Assembly: GCA_965215605.1 (NCBI GenBank) | Contig: OZ244070.1 | Span: 1,696,001-1,760,000 of the forward strand | Direction: 5' to 3' | DNA length: 64,000 nucleotides | From: an uncultured Candidatus Binatia bacterium | GTDB lineage: Bacteria > Desulfobacterota > Binatia > UBA9968 > JAJDTQ01 | Shown: positions 10,103-20,542 of the stretch, one piece after another | Numbering within the stretch: the stretch's first letter is position 1 | How the letters are laid out: every line of letters starts with the position of its first letter | Made by a program: the position numbers and the translations under genes | Notes under the pieces: model-generated | Told to the model about the DNA's origin: nothing | Databases searched by the model: none | The model's input: the letters and a program-made list of their open reading frames with translations, nothing else

Positions 10103-10151
10103 GGATTCCCGCCCCCGATCGGGGTCGAGGGCAAGCTTTCGCGGGAATGAC
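10103..10151. repeat. REP-like palindrome, family A, long form with 24-bp nested insert
   Basis: GGATTCCCGC-ccccgatcggggtcgagggcaagc-TTTCGCGGGAATGAC. Near-identical copy at 60908. Confidence 0.85.
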
Positions 10152-10192
10152 GGAGGGTGGCAGGTTTACCGGAGGAGGCAGGATGGACAGCT

Positions 10193-11056
10193 CTACCGGT
10201 CGTCATCCCAGTCGCCCCAGCGACGGCTCCTGGCGTAGGGGTTGGGGTGCGGCAGGATGAAGAACTCCGTCTTCTTGGGCAGCATCCGGCGCGTAAGCAC
10301 GAGCCGGGAATCGGGTTGGCGCGCGACCGGATAGCGGCCGTCGAGGAAAGACGCGAAGTACTCGGCCTGGGCCGGGTCGTCGTAGTGCATGGGCAGCACG
10401 ATGGGCGGTTTGACCTGCTCGATGACCTTGACGAGGTCGCTGAAGCCCAGGTTGTTGCGGGCGTCGATGGGAATCATCATGACGTCCACCCGGCGCAGCA
10501 GTTGCCGCTGCTTCTCCGTGAGCAGGTGGCCGATGTTGCCCAGGTGCGCCAGGCAGAGGCTTCCCATCTCGAAGACGAAGATCGAGTTGGCGATGCGGGT
10601 GAAGTCGTAGTTCCGGGCGCTGGGCAGGTTGACGACCACGATGTCCTTGACCTTCCTGCGCACCGGCTGCCAGCGCTGGTCCAGCGTGATGCCCCTGAGC
10701 ACCAGGGGATTCCCGCGAACCGCCTCGACGTTGTTGTGGGTGTAGTGGCCGTTGCTTACGGTCACCGCGTCGGCGGTGATGCCGGGAGTGACGTCGAAGT
10801 TGGGATCAGCCACCACACGGGTGCCGGTGCCGGACCGGATGGCGAAGCTCGAGTGGCCGAACCAGCGAAGCTGATACTGGCCGAGGCCGACATCCGGCTT
10901 GGGGGCGACGCTGGCCAACGGGCCGACGGCTCGGACCAGGTGGGGACCCGAATGGATGGACCGGACCAGATTGGGATTGCAGATGGCGACGGCGGCTTGT
11001 GCGCCCAGCAGGACCGCCAACCCGAGCACGAAACCCGTTACGCTGCTCCTTGACAT
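10193..11056 (-). CDS. Exported MBL-fold metallo-hydrolase-like protein
   Basis: Signal peptide, WFGHSSF, ADP, AHLGN and PMHY. Metal motif is atypical (SNGHYTH). Confidence 0.8.
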   Translation of the reverse strand: MSRSSVTGFVLGLAVLLGAQAAVAICNPNLVRSIHSGPHLVRAVGPLASVAPKPDVGLGQYQLRWFGHSSFAIRSGTGTRVVADPNFDVTPGITADAVTVSNGHYTHNNVEAVRGNPLVLRGITLDQRWQPVRRKVKDIVVVNLPSARNYDFTRIANSIFVFEMGSLCLAHLGNIGHLLTEKQRQLLRRVDVMMIPIDARNNLGFSDLVKVIEQVKPPIVLPMHYDDPAQAEYFASFLDGRYPVARQPDSRLVLTRRMLPKKTEFFILPHPNPYARSRRWGDWDDDR

Positions 11057-11096
11057 GGCTGTTCCTCCCATGGCCCGCGACCGGCCGCCGCGGGCA

Positions 11097-11471
11097 TCAT
11101 GAGCACGTTTCGCAGGTCCCGTAGAGAGAAAGCTGGTGGGAGGTCACCGTAAAGCCGGTGTCGGGCGAGAGGAGTAGCTCAGCTTCTTCCCTCCGGTGCA
11201 AGGTGACATCATAGACTTTTCCACACGTTTCGCAAATGAAATGTGGGTGCTTGCCGAGGATCGGGTCGAAGTGCTGCGTCCGCTCGATGTTGAGGATCTG
11301 CAGCTTGCCGTCGGCGGCGAGCTTTTGAAGGTTGCGGTAGACCGTGCCGAGGCTGATGTTCGGGATTTTCCTGCGGACCCGTTCGTAGATCTGATCCGCG
11401 GTGGGGTGGGACATCTCGTCTTTCACGGCGTCCCAGATCACTTCGAGCTGTCGTGTCCGTCTCGTGGACAT
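11097..11471 (-). CDS. Fur-family transcriptional repressor (PerR-like)
   Basis: HPTADQIY, ISLGTVYRNL, HPHFICETC and C-terminal CETC. Follows rubrerythrin and DUF3501 on the same strand. Confidence 0.88.
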   Translation of the reverse strand: MSTRRTRQLEVIWDAVKDEMSHPTADQIYERVRRKIPNISLGTVYRNLQKLAADGKLQILNIERTQHFDPILGKHPHFICETCGKVYDVTLHRREEAELLLSPDTGFTVTSHQLSLYGTCETCS

Positions 11472-11501
11472 GGCCGGTCCCCGGCGGCGGTCCGTGGCGA
11501 G

Positions 11502-12074
11502 TTATTCCAGGTCGCCGAGCAGCTCCGCCTTGGTGGCGGCGGTCAACAGAGCCTCCGCGTGATAGTTCTCGTGGTCCACCACGATGGCGGCGTCCCGGTC
11601 GCGCAGCGCTTCGGTTTCGTCCGGGGCAAGACCGAAGGTGATGTACTGCACCGCGCTGATCTTGTCTTCCTTGCTGCGGCCCTCCTCGAAACGGGCGCGG
11701 ATCACGTGATCGGCGCCGATCTTCAGCAAGACCCGCTCGTCGATGCCCAGAAACTTCAACAGCTCGCCGCGCAGGTCGGTCTGGTCCTCGATCTCGAGGA
11801 AGAAGGTCGCCCTGAGCTCTCCGGCATCGGGGATGAGTTCGTTGTAGACGTCGATCTCCTCCCGGATCTTGTCGAGATCGCGGATGCTCTCCGCCCGCAG
11901 CATCTCCTGTATCTGAAAGATCACCGTGGCGCGGTTCTCGAACACGAGGGAGACCTTGTCCCCCACCAACACCCGCCGGCGCTTCTTGAGATCGATGATC
12001 TCGCGCCGGAAGGCGGCGCGTTTCTCCTCGTAGGCGCTGGCGCCGACGATGTCGTTCAGGGTGATCTTGTCCAT
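11502..12074 (-). CDS. DUF3501-family protein
   Basis: [30 protein letters not shown] and SAVQY. Adjacent to rubrerythrin. Confidence 0.85.
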   Translation of the reverse strand: MDKITLNDIVGASAYEEKRAAFRREIIDLKKRRRVLVGDKVSLVFENRATVIFQIQEMLRAESIRDLDKIREEIDVYNELIPDAGELRATFFLEIEDQTDLRGELLKFLGIDERVLLKIGADHVIRARFEEGRSKEDKISAVQYITFGLAPDETEALRDRDAAIVVDHENYHAEALLTAATKAELLGDLE

Positions 12075-12087
12075 GTTGCGCGGGGAA

Positions 12088-12148
12088 CCCGACCTTGCCG
12101 CCCCGCCCCGCGAGAGATGTCGCGGGTTCGGAGCGGCAAGGTTACGGG
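12088..12148. other. Intergenic stem-loop between rubrerythrin and DUF3501
   Basis: accttgccgc (12092) pairs with gcggcaaggt (12133); inner stem cccgcga/tcgcggg. Confidence 0.55.
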
Positions 12149-12164
12149 CGGCAGGTCCGCCGAA

Positions 12165-12608
12165 TCAACCGGCGTCCGCGGGGTCCTTGCCGGCGACGGC
12201 CTGCAGTCCCTTGTTGAAACGGCCCGCATGGGACTTCTCGGCCTTGGCCAGGGTCTCGAACCACTCGGCCAACTCTTCCAGTCCCTCGTCCCGGGCGGTC
12301 TTGGCGAAGCCGGGGTACATCTCGGTGTACTCGAAGGTCTCGCCTTCCACCGCGGACTTCAGGTTCTTCTCGGTGCTGCCGATGGGAACGCCGGTGCAGG
12401 GGTCGCCGACTTCCTTCAGAAAGTCCAGGTGACCGAACGCATGGCCGGTCTCCGCCTCGGAGGTGTCACGGAAGAGTCCGCCCATATCGGGGTAACCCTC
12501 GATGTCCGCCTGCCGGGCGAAATAGAGATAGCGCCGGTTCGCCTGGGACTCGCCCGCAAAGGCGTTCTTCAGGTTCTCGTGGCTCTTGGTGCCATTGATG
12601 CTTGCCAT
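12165..12608 (-). CDS. Short rubrerythrin (no rubredoxin domain)
   Basis: [34 protein letters not shown] and EKSHA di-iron motifs. Confidence 0.92.
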   Translation of the reverse strand: MASINGTKSHENLKNAFAGESQANRRYLYFARQADIEGYPDMGGLFRDTSEAETGHAFGHLDFLKEVGDPCTGVPIGSTEKNLKSAVEGETFEYTEMYPGFAKTARDEGLEELAEWFETLAKAEKSHAGRFNKGLQAVAGKDPADAG

Positions 12609-12620
12609 AGGTGCCTCCTT

Positions 12621-12643
12621 ATTAGTAATAGTTCTGATTAGTA
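12621..12643. promoter_or_regulatory. Candidate PerR/Fur-type operator
   Basis: AT-rich imperfect palindrome TTAGTAATAGTTCTGA next to the rubrerythrin RBS, in GC-rich surroundings. Confidence 0.5.
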
Positions 12644-12774
12644 GCCGAAGCCCGCCCGCAATTCAAGGGCCGGAGACGCCGGCAACGGCCTTCCGCAGTC
12701 CCCACGGGGCGGCAACTGGCCCGCCGCCCGGTGTTTTGCTATCCTGCGGTGAGTTGACTGCCTTCATCCAACCC

Positions 12775-13104
12775 ATGGACGACATGATCACAATCGACGA
12801 TTTCCAGGCGCTGGACCTGCGCATCGGCACGGTCACCAGCGCCGAACCGCACCCCAACGCCGACCGGCTCATGGTGCTCAAGGTGGACCTGGGCTCGGAG
12901 GAACGCCAACTCGTCGCCGGCATCCGCGGCCACTACAGCCCGGAGGAGCTCACGGGCCGGCAACTCGTGGTGGTGGCGAACCTGAAGCCGGCCAGGCTGA
13001 GAGGGGTCGAGAGCCAGGGAATGATCCTGGCCGCATCCACCGACGATCAACTCGTCATTCTGGCCCCGGAGCAACGGATCGCTCCGGGCGCCAAGGTGTC
13101 CTGA
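12775..13104 (+). CDS. Stand-alone tRNA-binding OB-fold protein (MetG C-terminal / CsaA / Trbp111-like)
   Basis: ITIDDF..LDLRIG, HPNADRL and NLKPARLRGVESQGMILAA. Confidence 0.88.
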   Translation: MDDMITIDDFQALDLRIGTVTSAEPHPNADRLMVLKVDLGSEERQLVAGIRGHYSPEELTGRQLVVVANLKPARLRGVESQGMILAASTDDQLVILAPEQRIAPGAKVS

Positions 13105-13113
13105 CGCGGCCGC

Positions 13114-14274
13114 GTGTCCCCCCTCACCAAACCCGCGGAAACCTGCTGCCTCGTCGACCTGTCGGCCTTGCGCGCCAACCTGGGCACGGTGCGCCGCATG
13201 GTGGGCCACGGCGTTGAGGTCCTCGCGGTGGTAAAGGCCGACGCTTATGGTCACGGCGACATCGAGACCGCCCGCGCGCTTTGCGACGAGCATGTCCGCC
13301 GTCTTGGCGTCGCCACGGTGGCGGAAGGCACGCGCCTGCGAGAGTCCGGCATCGAGGCGGCCATTGTCGTCTTGGGAAGCATTTTTCCGGACGATACGGC
13401 CACCCTGGTCCGGTATTCCCTGAACCCCGTGGTTCCGAACCTGGACCTCTTGCGGCATCTGGACACCTTCGGCGCCCAACACGGCGTCGATATCCCCTGT
13501 CACCTCAAGCTGGACACCGGAATGGGACGGCTGGGGCTCCCGCCGGCCGCCGTCGAGAAATGGCTGCCCGAGCTGGCGGCGCTCAAAGCGGTGAAGCTCC
13601 AGGGGATCATGTCCCATTTCGCCAGGGCCGAGGAGCCGGAGTCGCCATCGAGCCGCGCACAACTGCGCGCCTTCCGGCAAACGCTGGAACGCATGCGCGC
13701 GGCGGGGCACGGCCCGGCGCCGGCCCACATGGCCAACAGCGCCGCCATCATGGGACTGCCCGAGGCCCGTTTCGACATGGTGCGCCCGGGCGGCATGCTC
13801 TACGGCATCTTTTCCCATCCGCCCTTGGCGGAACGCGTCCGGCTGGCGCCCGCGCTCACCTGGAAGACCCGCGTACTGCAAGTCAAGACGCTTCCGAAGC
13901 ATTCGCCCGTGAGCTACGGCGGAACCTTCGTCACCGGACGCGCGAGCGTCATCGCGACCCTGCCCGTAGGCTACGCGGACGGCTACAAACGGGCTCTTTC
14001 GAACCGCGCCGCGGTGCTGATTCGCGGCCAACGGGCTCCCGTCGTGGGCCGCGTCACCATGGATTTGACAATGGTGGACGTTACCGATATAGCCGGTGTT
14101 CAGCCGGGGGACGAGGTCGTCCTCCTCGGACCACAAGGCCACGAGACCATCTCCGCCGAAGAGATGGCCGGCTGGGCGGACACGATTTCCTACGAGATTC
14201 TCACATCCATCAGTCCGAAGATTCCGCGTTACTACTTCCGAGGGGAGGGACGGGGCACCCGTGGGCAAGATTGA
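13114..14274 (+). CDS. alr: Alanine racemase
   Basis: AVVKADAYGHG, KLDTGMGRLG, VSYG, GYADG, GRVTMD and TISYE. Confidence 0.95.
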   Translation: MSPLTKPAETCCLVDLSALRANLGTVRRMVGHGVEVLAVVKADAYGHGDIETARALCDEHVRRLGVATVAEGTRLRESGIEAAIVVLGSIFPDDTATLVRYSLNPVVPNLDLLRHLDTFGAQHGVDIPCHLKLDTGMGRLGLPPAAVEKWLPELAALKAVKLQGIMSHFARAEEPESPSSRAQLRAFRQTLERMRAAGHGPAPAHMANSAAIMGLPEARFDMVRPGGMLYGIFSHPPLAERVRLAPALTWKTRVLQVKTLPKHSPVSYGGTFVTGRASVIATLPVGYADGYKRALSNRAAVLIRGQRAPVVGRVTMDLTMVDVTDIAGVQPGDEVVLLGPQGHETISAEEMAGWADTISYEILTSISPKIPRYYFRGEGRGTRGQD

Positions 14275-15835
14275 AAGGGCGTTGCTTAGCGTATCCGACA
14301 AAGACAGTATCGTCGATTTCGCCAGGAAATTGGCGGGGTTGAACATCGAGATACTATCCACGGGGGGGACCGCCGCACTGCTGCGGGACAATCACATCGC
14401 CGTGACCGAGGTGGCGGACGTCACCGGGTTCCCGGAGATCATGGACGGCCGGGTCAAGACGCTCCACCCCAAGATCCACGGCGGCATCCTGGCGCTGCGG
14501 GACAAGTCCGAGCATCGCGCCCAGATGGAAGAGCTGGGCATCGGACCCATCGACATGGTGGTGGTGAACCTCTACCCGTTCGAGGCCACCGTGGCGCGGC
14601 AGGCGCCGTTCGACGAGATCATCGAACAGATCGACATCGGCGGCCCCGCCATGATCCGCTCCGCGGCCAAGAACCACCCGCACGTGGCGGTGGTGGTGGA
14701 GCCGTCGGACTACGGGGCGGTGACCGAGGAACTCGCGGCGGGCGGCGGCGAACTGTCGGCGGACACGCGTTTCCGGCTGGCGTGCCGCGCCTTCCACCAC
14801 ACGGCGCGGTACGACGGCGCCATCTCCAACTACCTGGGGCGGCTCGACGACGAGAGGAAGGCGGGAAGGTGGGGCGAGAGGCTCAACATCCAGCTCTCCA
14901 GGCTGCAGGAGTTGCGCTACGGCGAGAACCCGCACCAGAGCGCGGCGTTCTATGCCGACGCGGATTCGACCGGACCGTCCGTGGCCCGGGCCACGCAGGT
15001 CCAGGGCAAGCATCTCTCGTTCAACAACATCCTGGACGCGGACGCCGCCCTCGGCACGGTCATGGACTTCCCCGAGACCGCCGCTGTCGCCATCAAGCAC
15101 ACCAACCCCTGCGGCCTGGCCACCTCCGACGTGTCGCTGGCGGATGCCTTCCGCAAGGCCAAGGCCGGCGACCCCGTGTCCATCTTCGGCGGCGTCATCG
15201 CCCTGAACCGCCCGGTGGACGCGGAGACGGCCGAGGAATTGAAGCAGATCTTCCTGGAAATCGTCATCGCGCCGTCGTTCACGCCCGAAGCACGGGAGAT
15301 CCTGTCCTCGGCCAAGCGCCTGCTGAACATCCGCCTGCTGGAGATCGACATGACCCCCGACAACGACCGGAGCCTGGACCTGCGGCGGGTGCACGGCGGC
15401 GTGCTGGTGCAGGACTGGGACCACAAGCCCATCGACGTGCGGGAGTGCAAGGTGGTCACCGAACGGCAGCCCACCGACGACGAGTGCAAGGCCTTGGGGT
15501 TCGCCTGGCGCGTGTGCCACCACGTGAAGTCCAATGCCATCGTGTTCACGTCGAGCGACCAGTTGCTCGGCGTCGGCGCCGGCCAAATGAGCCGGGTGGA
15601 TTCCGCCCAACTCGCCGTGACCCGGGCGAAAACCCACGGCCTCGACCTCGCGGGCTCCGTGGTGGCCTCCGACGCCTTCTACCCCTTCCGGGACGGCGTG
15701 GACGCGGCCGCCGAGGCGGGGGCGCGCGCGGTCATCCAGCCAGGCGGCTCCATCCGCGACGAAGAGGTCATTGCCGCCGCCGACGAGCACGGCCTCGCCA
15801 TGGTGTTTACCGGCATCCGGCACTTCCGGCACTGA
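14261..15835 (+). CDS. purH: Bifunctional AICAR formyltransferase / IMP cyclohydrolase
   Basis: [32 protein letters not shown] and C-terminal RHFRH. GTG start at 14261. Confidence 0.96.
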   Translation: MGKIERALLSVSDKDSIVDFARKLAGLNIEILSTGGTAALLRDNHIAVTEVADVTGFPEIMDGRVKTLHPKIHGGILALRDKSEHRAQMEELGIGPIDMVVVNLYPFEATVARQAPFDEIIEQIDIGGPAMIRSAAKNHPHVAVVVEPSDYGAVTEELAAGGGELSADTRFRLACRAFHHTARYDGAISNYLGRLDDERKAGRWGERLNIQLSRLQELRYGENPHQSAAFYADADSTGPSVARATQVQGKHLSFNNILDADAALGTVMDFPETAAVAIKHTNPCGLATSDVSLADAFRKAKAGDPVSIFGGVIALNRPVDAETAEELKQIFLEIVIAPSFTPEAREILSSAKRLLNIRLLEIDMTPDNDRSLDLRRVHGGVLVQDWDHKPIDVRECKVVTERQPTDDECKALGFAWRVCHHVKSNAIVFTSSDQLLGVGAGQMSRVDSAQLAVTRAKTHGLDLAGSVVASDAFYPFRDGVDAAAEAGARAVIQPGGSIRDEEVIAAADEHGLAMVFTGIRHFRH

Positions 15836-15852
15836 TTGGAGTTGCTGGAACC

Positions 15853-17130
15853 GTGAAGATCCTGGTCATCGGCAGCGGCGGACGGGAACACGCCCTGACG
15901 TGGAAGCTGCGCCAGAGCCCGCAGGTGGAAAAGCTCTACTGCGCGCCCGGCAACGACGGCATGCGCCGGCAGGCGGAACGGGTGGACATCGGCGCCGGCG
16001 AGATCGAGAGGCTGGCAGACTTCGCGGCCCGTGAGGCCATCGACCTGACGGTGGTGGGCCCGGAGCAGCCGCTGGTGTCGGGCATCGCCGACCTGTTCGA
16101 GAGCCGTGGCCTCAAGGTGTTCGGACCCAACCGCGAGGCGGCCCGGCTCGAAGGCAGCAAGGCCTTCGCCAAGGAGCTGATGCTGGAGAACGGCATCCCC
16201 ACCGCGGCCTGCGAGGTGTTCTCGGGAATCGAAGACGCGCGGCGGTATGTTGCGCGCGACCGCCCGTGCGTGGTCAAGGCGGACGGTCTGGCCGCGGGCA
16301 AGGGCGTCATCCTCTGCTCCGGCAAGGCCGAGGCCGAAGCGGCCCTCGACGAGATCATGGGGCGCGGGGTCTTCGGTGAGGCTGGCGAACGGGTCGTCAT
16401 CGAGGAGTTGCTCACGGGCGAGGAAGCGTCTTTCATGGCCCTGATGGACGGCGAGGACTTTCTCCCGCTGGCGTCGGCACAGGACCACAAGCGCATCTTC
16501 GACGGTGACGAGGGTTCCAACACCGGCGGCATGGGCGCCTATTCCCCGGCGCCGGTGGTGGACGCGGCGGTGCATGACGCCGTGGTGGAACAGGTGCTGA
16601 AGCCGCTGGCGTCGGGCCTCAAGCGTCGCGGCCTGGTGTATCGCGGAGTCCTTTACGCCGGGCTCATGATCACCGAGGACGGTCCCAAGGTGCTGGAGTT
16701 CAACGCCCGCTTCGGCGATCCCGAATGCCAGCCCATCATGATGCGCCTGGAAAGCGATCTTCCGACGCTTCTCCGGGCCACCGCCGAAGGCAGGCTCGGA
16801 GAGGTCGCCGCCGAGTGGTCGGATCAGGCGGCGGTCTGCGTGGTGCTGGCGTCCCAAGGCTATCCGGGCCAGTATCAAACGGGCAAGGAAATATCCGGAC
16901 TGGACGAGATCGATTCCTGGCGCGGCGGATACGCGTTTCACGCCGGGACGAAACGCGAGGGAGACCGCTGGCTCACCGGCGGCGGACGCGTGCTGGGGGT
17001 CACCGCGCTGGGCGACACCATCGAGGGGGCCACGGCCCAGGCCTATGACGGCGTGAGCCGGATCTCGTGGGAGGGCATGCACTACCGCCGGGACATCGCC
17101 CACCGCGCGATGAACCGCAGCGCATCCTGA
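15853..17130 (+). CDS. purD: Phosphoribosylamine-glycine ligase
   Basis: [31 protein letters not shown] and [10 protein letters not shown]. Confidence 0.96.
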   Translation: MKILVIGSGGREHALTWKLRQSPQVEKLYCAPGNDGMRRQAERVDIGAGEIERLADFAAREAIDLTVVGPEQPLVSGIADLFESRGLKVFGPNREAARLEGSKAFAKELMLENGIPTAACEVFSGIEDARRYVARDRPCVVKADGLAAGKGVILCSGKAEAEAALDEIMGRGVFGEAGERVVIEELLTGEEASFMALMDGEDFLPLASAQDHKRIFDGDEGSNTGGMGAYSPAPVVDAAVHDAVVEQVLKPLASGLKRRGLVYRGVLYAGLMITEDGPKVLEFNARFGDPECQPIMMRLESDLPTLLRATAEGRLGEVAAEWSDQAAVCVVLASQGYPGQYQTGKEISGLDEIDSWRGGYAFHAGTKREGDRWLTGGGRVLGVTALGDTIEGATAQAYDGVSRISWEGMHYRRDIAHRAMNRSAS

Positions 17131-17234
17131 GGTCCGCCAACGAACGGGGCGCGGTCCAAACCCGCCCCCGCAACACGACAGGACCGTGCGAGGCGCCTGG
17201 ACGTTCGAACCGAAGCAAGAAGGAGGAGACACAC

Positions 17235-17747
17235 GTGGCGGAGCAGACTCCGAAGGTAGCGATTCTGATGGGCAGCGATTCCGACGTGGAGGTCATGAAG
17301 GAGGCCGCGACGCGGCTGGAGTCCTTCGGCATCCCCTACGAGATGCACATCTCGTCGGCGCACCGTTCGCCGGAACGGACCCACGCCTACGCCAAGGGCG
17401 CGGCGGATCGGGGCATCGAGGCGTTCATCGTCGGCGCCGGCGCCGCGGCCCATCTGGCGGGAGTGGTGGCGGCCGTCACCACGCTGCCGGTGATCGGCGT
17501 GCCGCTGAGCGCGTCGGCGCTGGACGGCATGGACGCGCTGTTGGCGACCGTGCAGATGCCGGCGGGAGTCCCGGTGGCGACCATGGCCATCGGCAAGGGC
17601 GGCGCCGCCAACGCGGGCATCTTCGCGGCCCAGATCATCGCCCGCAAGGACCCGGAGCTGGCGGACAAGCTGGCCCGCTTCAAGGAGGAGCTGGCCACGG
17701 GCGTGGAGGCCCGGGACCGGAAGCTGCAGGACAGCCTGAAGGCGTAG
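17235..17747 (+). CDS. purE: N5-CAIR mutase
   Basis: MGSDSD, SAHRSP, AAHLAG and [19 protein letters not shown]. Confidence 0.95.
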   Translation: MAEQTPKVAILMGSDSDVEVMKEAATRLESFGIPYEMHISSAHRSPERTHAYAKGAADRGIEAFIVGAGAAAHLAGVVAAVTTLPVIGVPLSASALDGMDALLATVQMPAGVPVATMAIGKGGAANAGIFAAQIIARKDPELADKLARFKEELATGVEARDRKLQDSLKA

Positions 17748-17760
17748 ACGGGAACACGCA

Positions 17761-19065
17761 ATGGCCAAGATCTTCCCCTTCCGGGGACTGACCTACGATC
17801 CCGGCAAGGTCGGCGATCTCTCCAGAGTGATGGCGCCGCCCTACGACGTCATCTCTCCCGAGCACCAGGCGGAGCTCTACGAGCGCTCGCCGCGCAACGT
17901 CGTGCGCATCGACTTCAGCCGCGACGCCGATCCCTACGCCACGGTGCCGCAACGCTTCCGGGAGTGGCAGGACGACGGCACGCTGGTGGCGGAGGAGGCC
18001 CCGGCCATCTACTACCTGAGCCAGGAGTACCGGCTGCGGGACGGGGTCACCCGTGAGCGGCGCGGCTTTATCGCGCTGGCCGCCATCGAGGACTTCGGCG
18101 ACGGCGCCATCCACGGGCACGAGGCCACCCTGGCCGAGCCCCGGGAGGACCGGCTGAAGCTGATGCTGGCGTGCGACGCCCAGTTCAGCTCCATCCTGGC
18201 CCTGTACACGGACGACAAGCCCACCCTCACCAACGCGTTGCGCGCGCACACCGGCTCCCGCAAGCCCAAGGTCGAAGCGGAGCTGGGCGAATTCGGCACC
18301 TCCCGGCTGTGGGCGGTCACCGACCCGGGCCTCATCCGCATGGTGCAAGACGCCCTGCGCGAGCGCTCCGTCTTCATCGCCGACGGGCACCACCGCTACG
18401 AGGCCGCCGGCAACTACCGGCGGCGGCGCCTGGCGGAGAGTCCCGGCGCCACCGGCGACGAGGGGTTCAACCGGGTGATGATGTACTTCGCCAACCTGGA
18501 GGAGGAAGGCGTGGTGATCCTGCCCACCCACCGGCTGGTGCGCGCGATGCCTCCCGTGGCCCCGGCGGAGTTGGAGAAGAAACTCCGGCAGTACTTCGAC
18601 GTGGAGGAATACCCCCGAAATCCCGACGGGCGGCGGCGGTTCCTGGAAACCCTCGAACGCCCGAAGGACGGAGAACGCGTGCTAGGCGCCTCTTTCAGGG
18701 ACGACCCCCGTTACCTGGCGTTGCGGCCGAGGGACCCGGAAGCGATGGAGCGGCTGGCGCCGGACATGAGTCCCGAGCTGCGCGGGCTGGACGTCACCAC
18801 CCTGCACGTGCTGCTGATGGAGCACGTCCTCGGGGTGTCCACCCGCGACGCCGTCAACACCGACGCCGTAGCGTACACCCACGACGCGGAAGAGGCGCTG
18901 GCCGAGGCGGAGGCGGGCCGCTGCCAGGCGGCCCTCATCCTCAACCCGCCCGACGCCGGCGAAATGATCGCCGTCTCCCTCAAGGGCGAAAAGATGCCCC
19001 AGAAATCCACCTACTTCTTCCCCAAGCTCGTCACCGGGCTGGTGATCCACAAGGTGGAGGGCTGA
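17761..19065 (+). CDS. DUF1015-family protein
   Basis: [25 protein letters not shown] and [11 protein letters not shown]. Confidence 0.9.
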   Translation: MAKIFPFRGLTYDPGKVGDLSRVMAPPYDVISPEHQAELYERSPRNVVRIDFSRDADPYATVPQRFREWQDDGTLVAEEAPAIYYLSQEYRLRDGVTRERRGFIALAAIEDFGDGAIHGHEATLAEPREDRLKLMLACDAQFSSILALYTDDKPTLTNALRAHTGSRKPKVEAELGEFGTSRLWAVTDPGLIRMVQDALRERSVFIADGHHRYEAAGNYRRRRLAESPGATGDEGFNRVMMYFANLEEEGVVILPTHRLVRAMPPVAPAELEKKLRQYFDVEEYPRNPDGRRRFLETLERPKDGERVLGASFRDDPRYLALRPRDPEAMERLAPDMSPELRGLDVTTLHVLLMEHVLGVSTRDAVNTDAVAYTHDAEEALAEAEAGRCQAALILNPPDAGEMIAVSLKGEKMPQKSTYFFPKLVTGLVIHKVEG

Positions 19066-19079
19066 TAAAGGAACACGGT

Positions 19080-20075
19080 ATGTCCAAGTTGCACCTGACC
19101 CTGGCGTGCGGCGACTACGACCGCACCAAGACGCTGCAGGACGGTTCGCTCAGTCCCGACGGCATCGCCCTCAACTACCTGCCGATGCAGGCCGAGGAGA
19201 TCTTCTGGCGCATGGGACACCACCAGGAATTCCACGCCTCGGAGATGTCGCTGGCCAACTACATTACCATGACCTCCCGGGGCGAGAGCCCGTTCACGGC
19301 CATCCCGGTGTTTCCGTCGCGCTATTTCCGCCACTCCTGCGTGTTCATCAACACCGACCGGGGCCTGGACAAGCCCGAGGACATGCGCGGCAAGCGCATC
19401 GGCGTGCCCGAATACTCCATCACCGCGGCGGTGTGGATCCGCGGCTTCATGAGCGACGATTACGGGGTCAAGGCCGGCGACATGGAGTGGTTCACCGGCG
19501 GCCAGGAAGTCCCGGGACGGAAGGAACGCATGGAGCTCAGGCTGCCGCCGGAGATCAAGGTGCAGCCCATCCCTCAGGACCGCACGCTGAACGACATGCT
19601 GGACAAGGGCGAGATCGACGCCCTCGTGACCGCCCGCATCCCCTCGTGCTTCGCCGCCGGCGCGCCGCACATCCGCCGCCTTTTCCCGGACTTCAAGTCC
19701 GTGGAGATCGACTACTACCGGCGCACGAAGATCTTCCCCATCATGCACACCGTGTGCATCCGCAACGACGTGTTCGAGGCCAACCCTTGGGTGGCCCGAA
19801 GCCTCTACACGGCCTTCTGCCAGTCCAAGGACGACGCCATCGACCGCATGAACATCAACAACACCATGGCCAGCACGCTGCCATGGCTCCAGGCCGAGAT
19901 GGCGCTGCTCCGGGACGTCTTCGGCGACGACTGGTGGCCCTACGGCATCGAGGCCAACCGCCACGTCATCGAGGCGCTGACCCGCTACATGGGCGAACAG
20001 GGCCTGCTGGGCGACAGCATCCCCACGGTGGAAGAGTTGTTCGCGCCGACGCTGATGGGGGACTACAAGCTGTAG
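19080..20075 (+). CDS. 4,5-dihydroxyphthalate decarboxylase-like / PBP2-fold substrate-binding protein
   Basis: LTLACGDYDRT, EMSL, IPVFPSR.FRHS, GVPEY, FPIMH and WPYG. No signal peptide. Confidence 0.75.
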   Translation: MSKLHLTLACGDYDRTKTLQDGSLSPDGIALNYLPMQAEEIFWRMGHHQEFHASEMSLANYITMTSRGESPFTAIPVFPSRYFRHSCVFINTDRGLDKPEDMRGKRIGVPEYSITAAVWIRGFMSDDYGVKAGDMEWFTGGQEVPGRKERMELRLPPEIKVQPIPQDRTLNDMLDKGEIDALVTARIPSCFAAGAPHIRRLFPDFKSVEIDYYRRTKIFPIMHTVCIRNDVFEANPWVARSLYTAFCQSKDDAIDRMNINNTMASTLPWLQAEMALLRDVFGDDWWPYGIEANRHVIEALTRYMGEQGLLGDSIPTVEELFAPTLMGDYKL

Positions 20076-20119
20076 CGGGCTTTCCGGGATCCAGATGGCC
20101 CGGGGTGGAGGGGCACGCC

Positions 20120-20539
20120 ATGACTCGCAAGGAGGCCGCATTCATCCGCCAAGCCCGCGTCGGCCATCTGGCCACCGTCGACGGGCAGGGCCAGCCGCTC
20201 AACCTGCCCTTCTGCTTCGCCTTCGACAGCGAGACCCTGTACTCCCCCATCGACGAGAAGCCCAAGACCGCGGCGCCGCCGGAACTGAAGCGGGTGCGGA
20301 ACATCCGCGCCAACCCCCGGGTATCCGTGGCGGTCCACCGCTATGACGACGAAGACTGGTCCCGGCTCGTCCACGTCATCATCCAGGGCGAGGCCGACAT
20401 TCTGACGCACGGAGAAACCCACAAGAAAGCCGTCCGGCTGCTGCGCCGGAAGTACCCGCAGTACCGCGCCATGGCCCTGGACCAACGGCCCATGGTCCGG
20501 ATCCGGGTGGTGCGGTGCATCCGCTGGGGCAGGATCTGA
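20120..20539 (+). CDS. PPOX-class putative F420-dependent oxidoreductase (Rv0121-like)
   Basis: ARVGHLATVD, IDEKPK, RVRNIRANPRV and KYPQY. Confidence 0.8.
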   Translation: MTRKEAAFIRQARVGHLATVDGQGQPLNLPFCFAFDSETLYSPIDEKPKTAAPPELKRVRNIRANPRVSVAVHRYDDEDWSRLVHVIIQGEADILTHGETHKKAVRLLRRKYPQYRAMALDQRPMVRIRVVRCIRWGRI

Positions 20540-20542
20540 CGC

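Noticed and set aside
14096-20539. Long N-terminal extensions on purH, purD, purE, the PBP2 protein and the PPOX protein in the ORF track
   Set aside because: Extensions run through the preceding gene; family-typical starts lie downstream.
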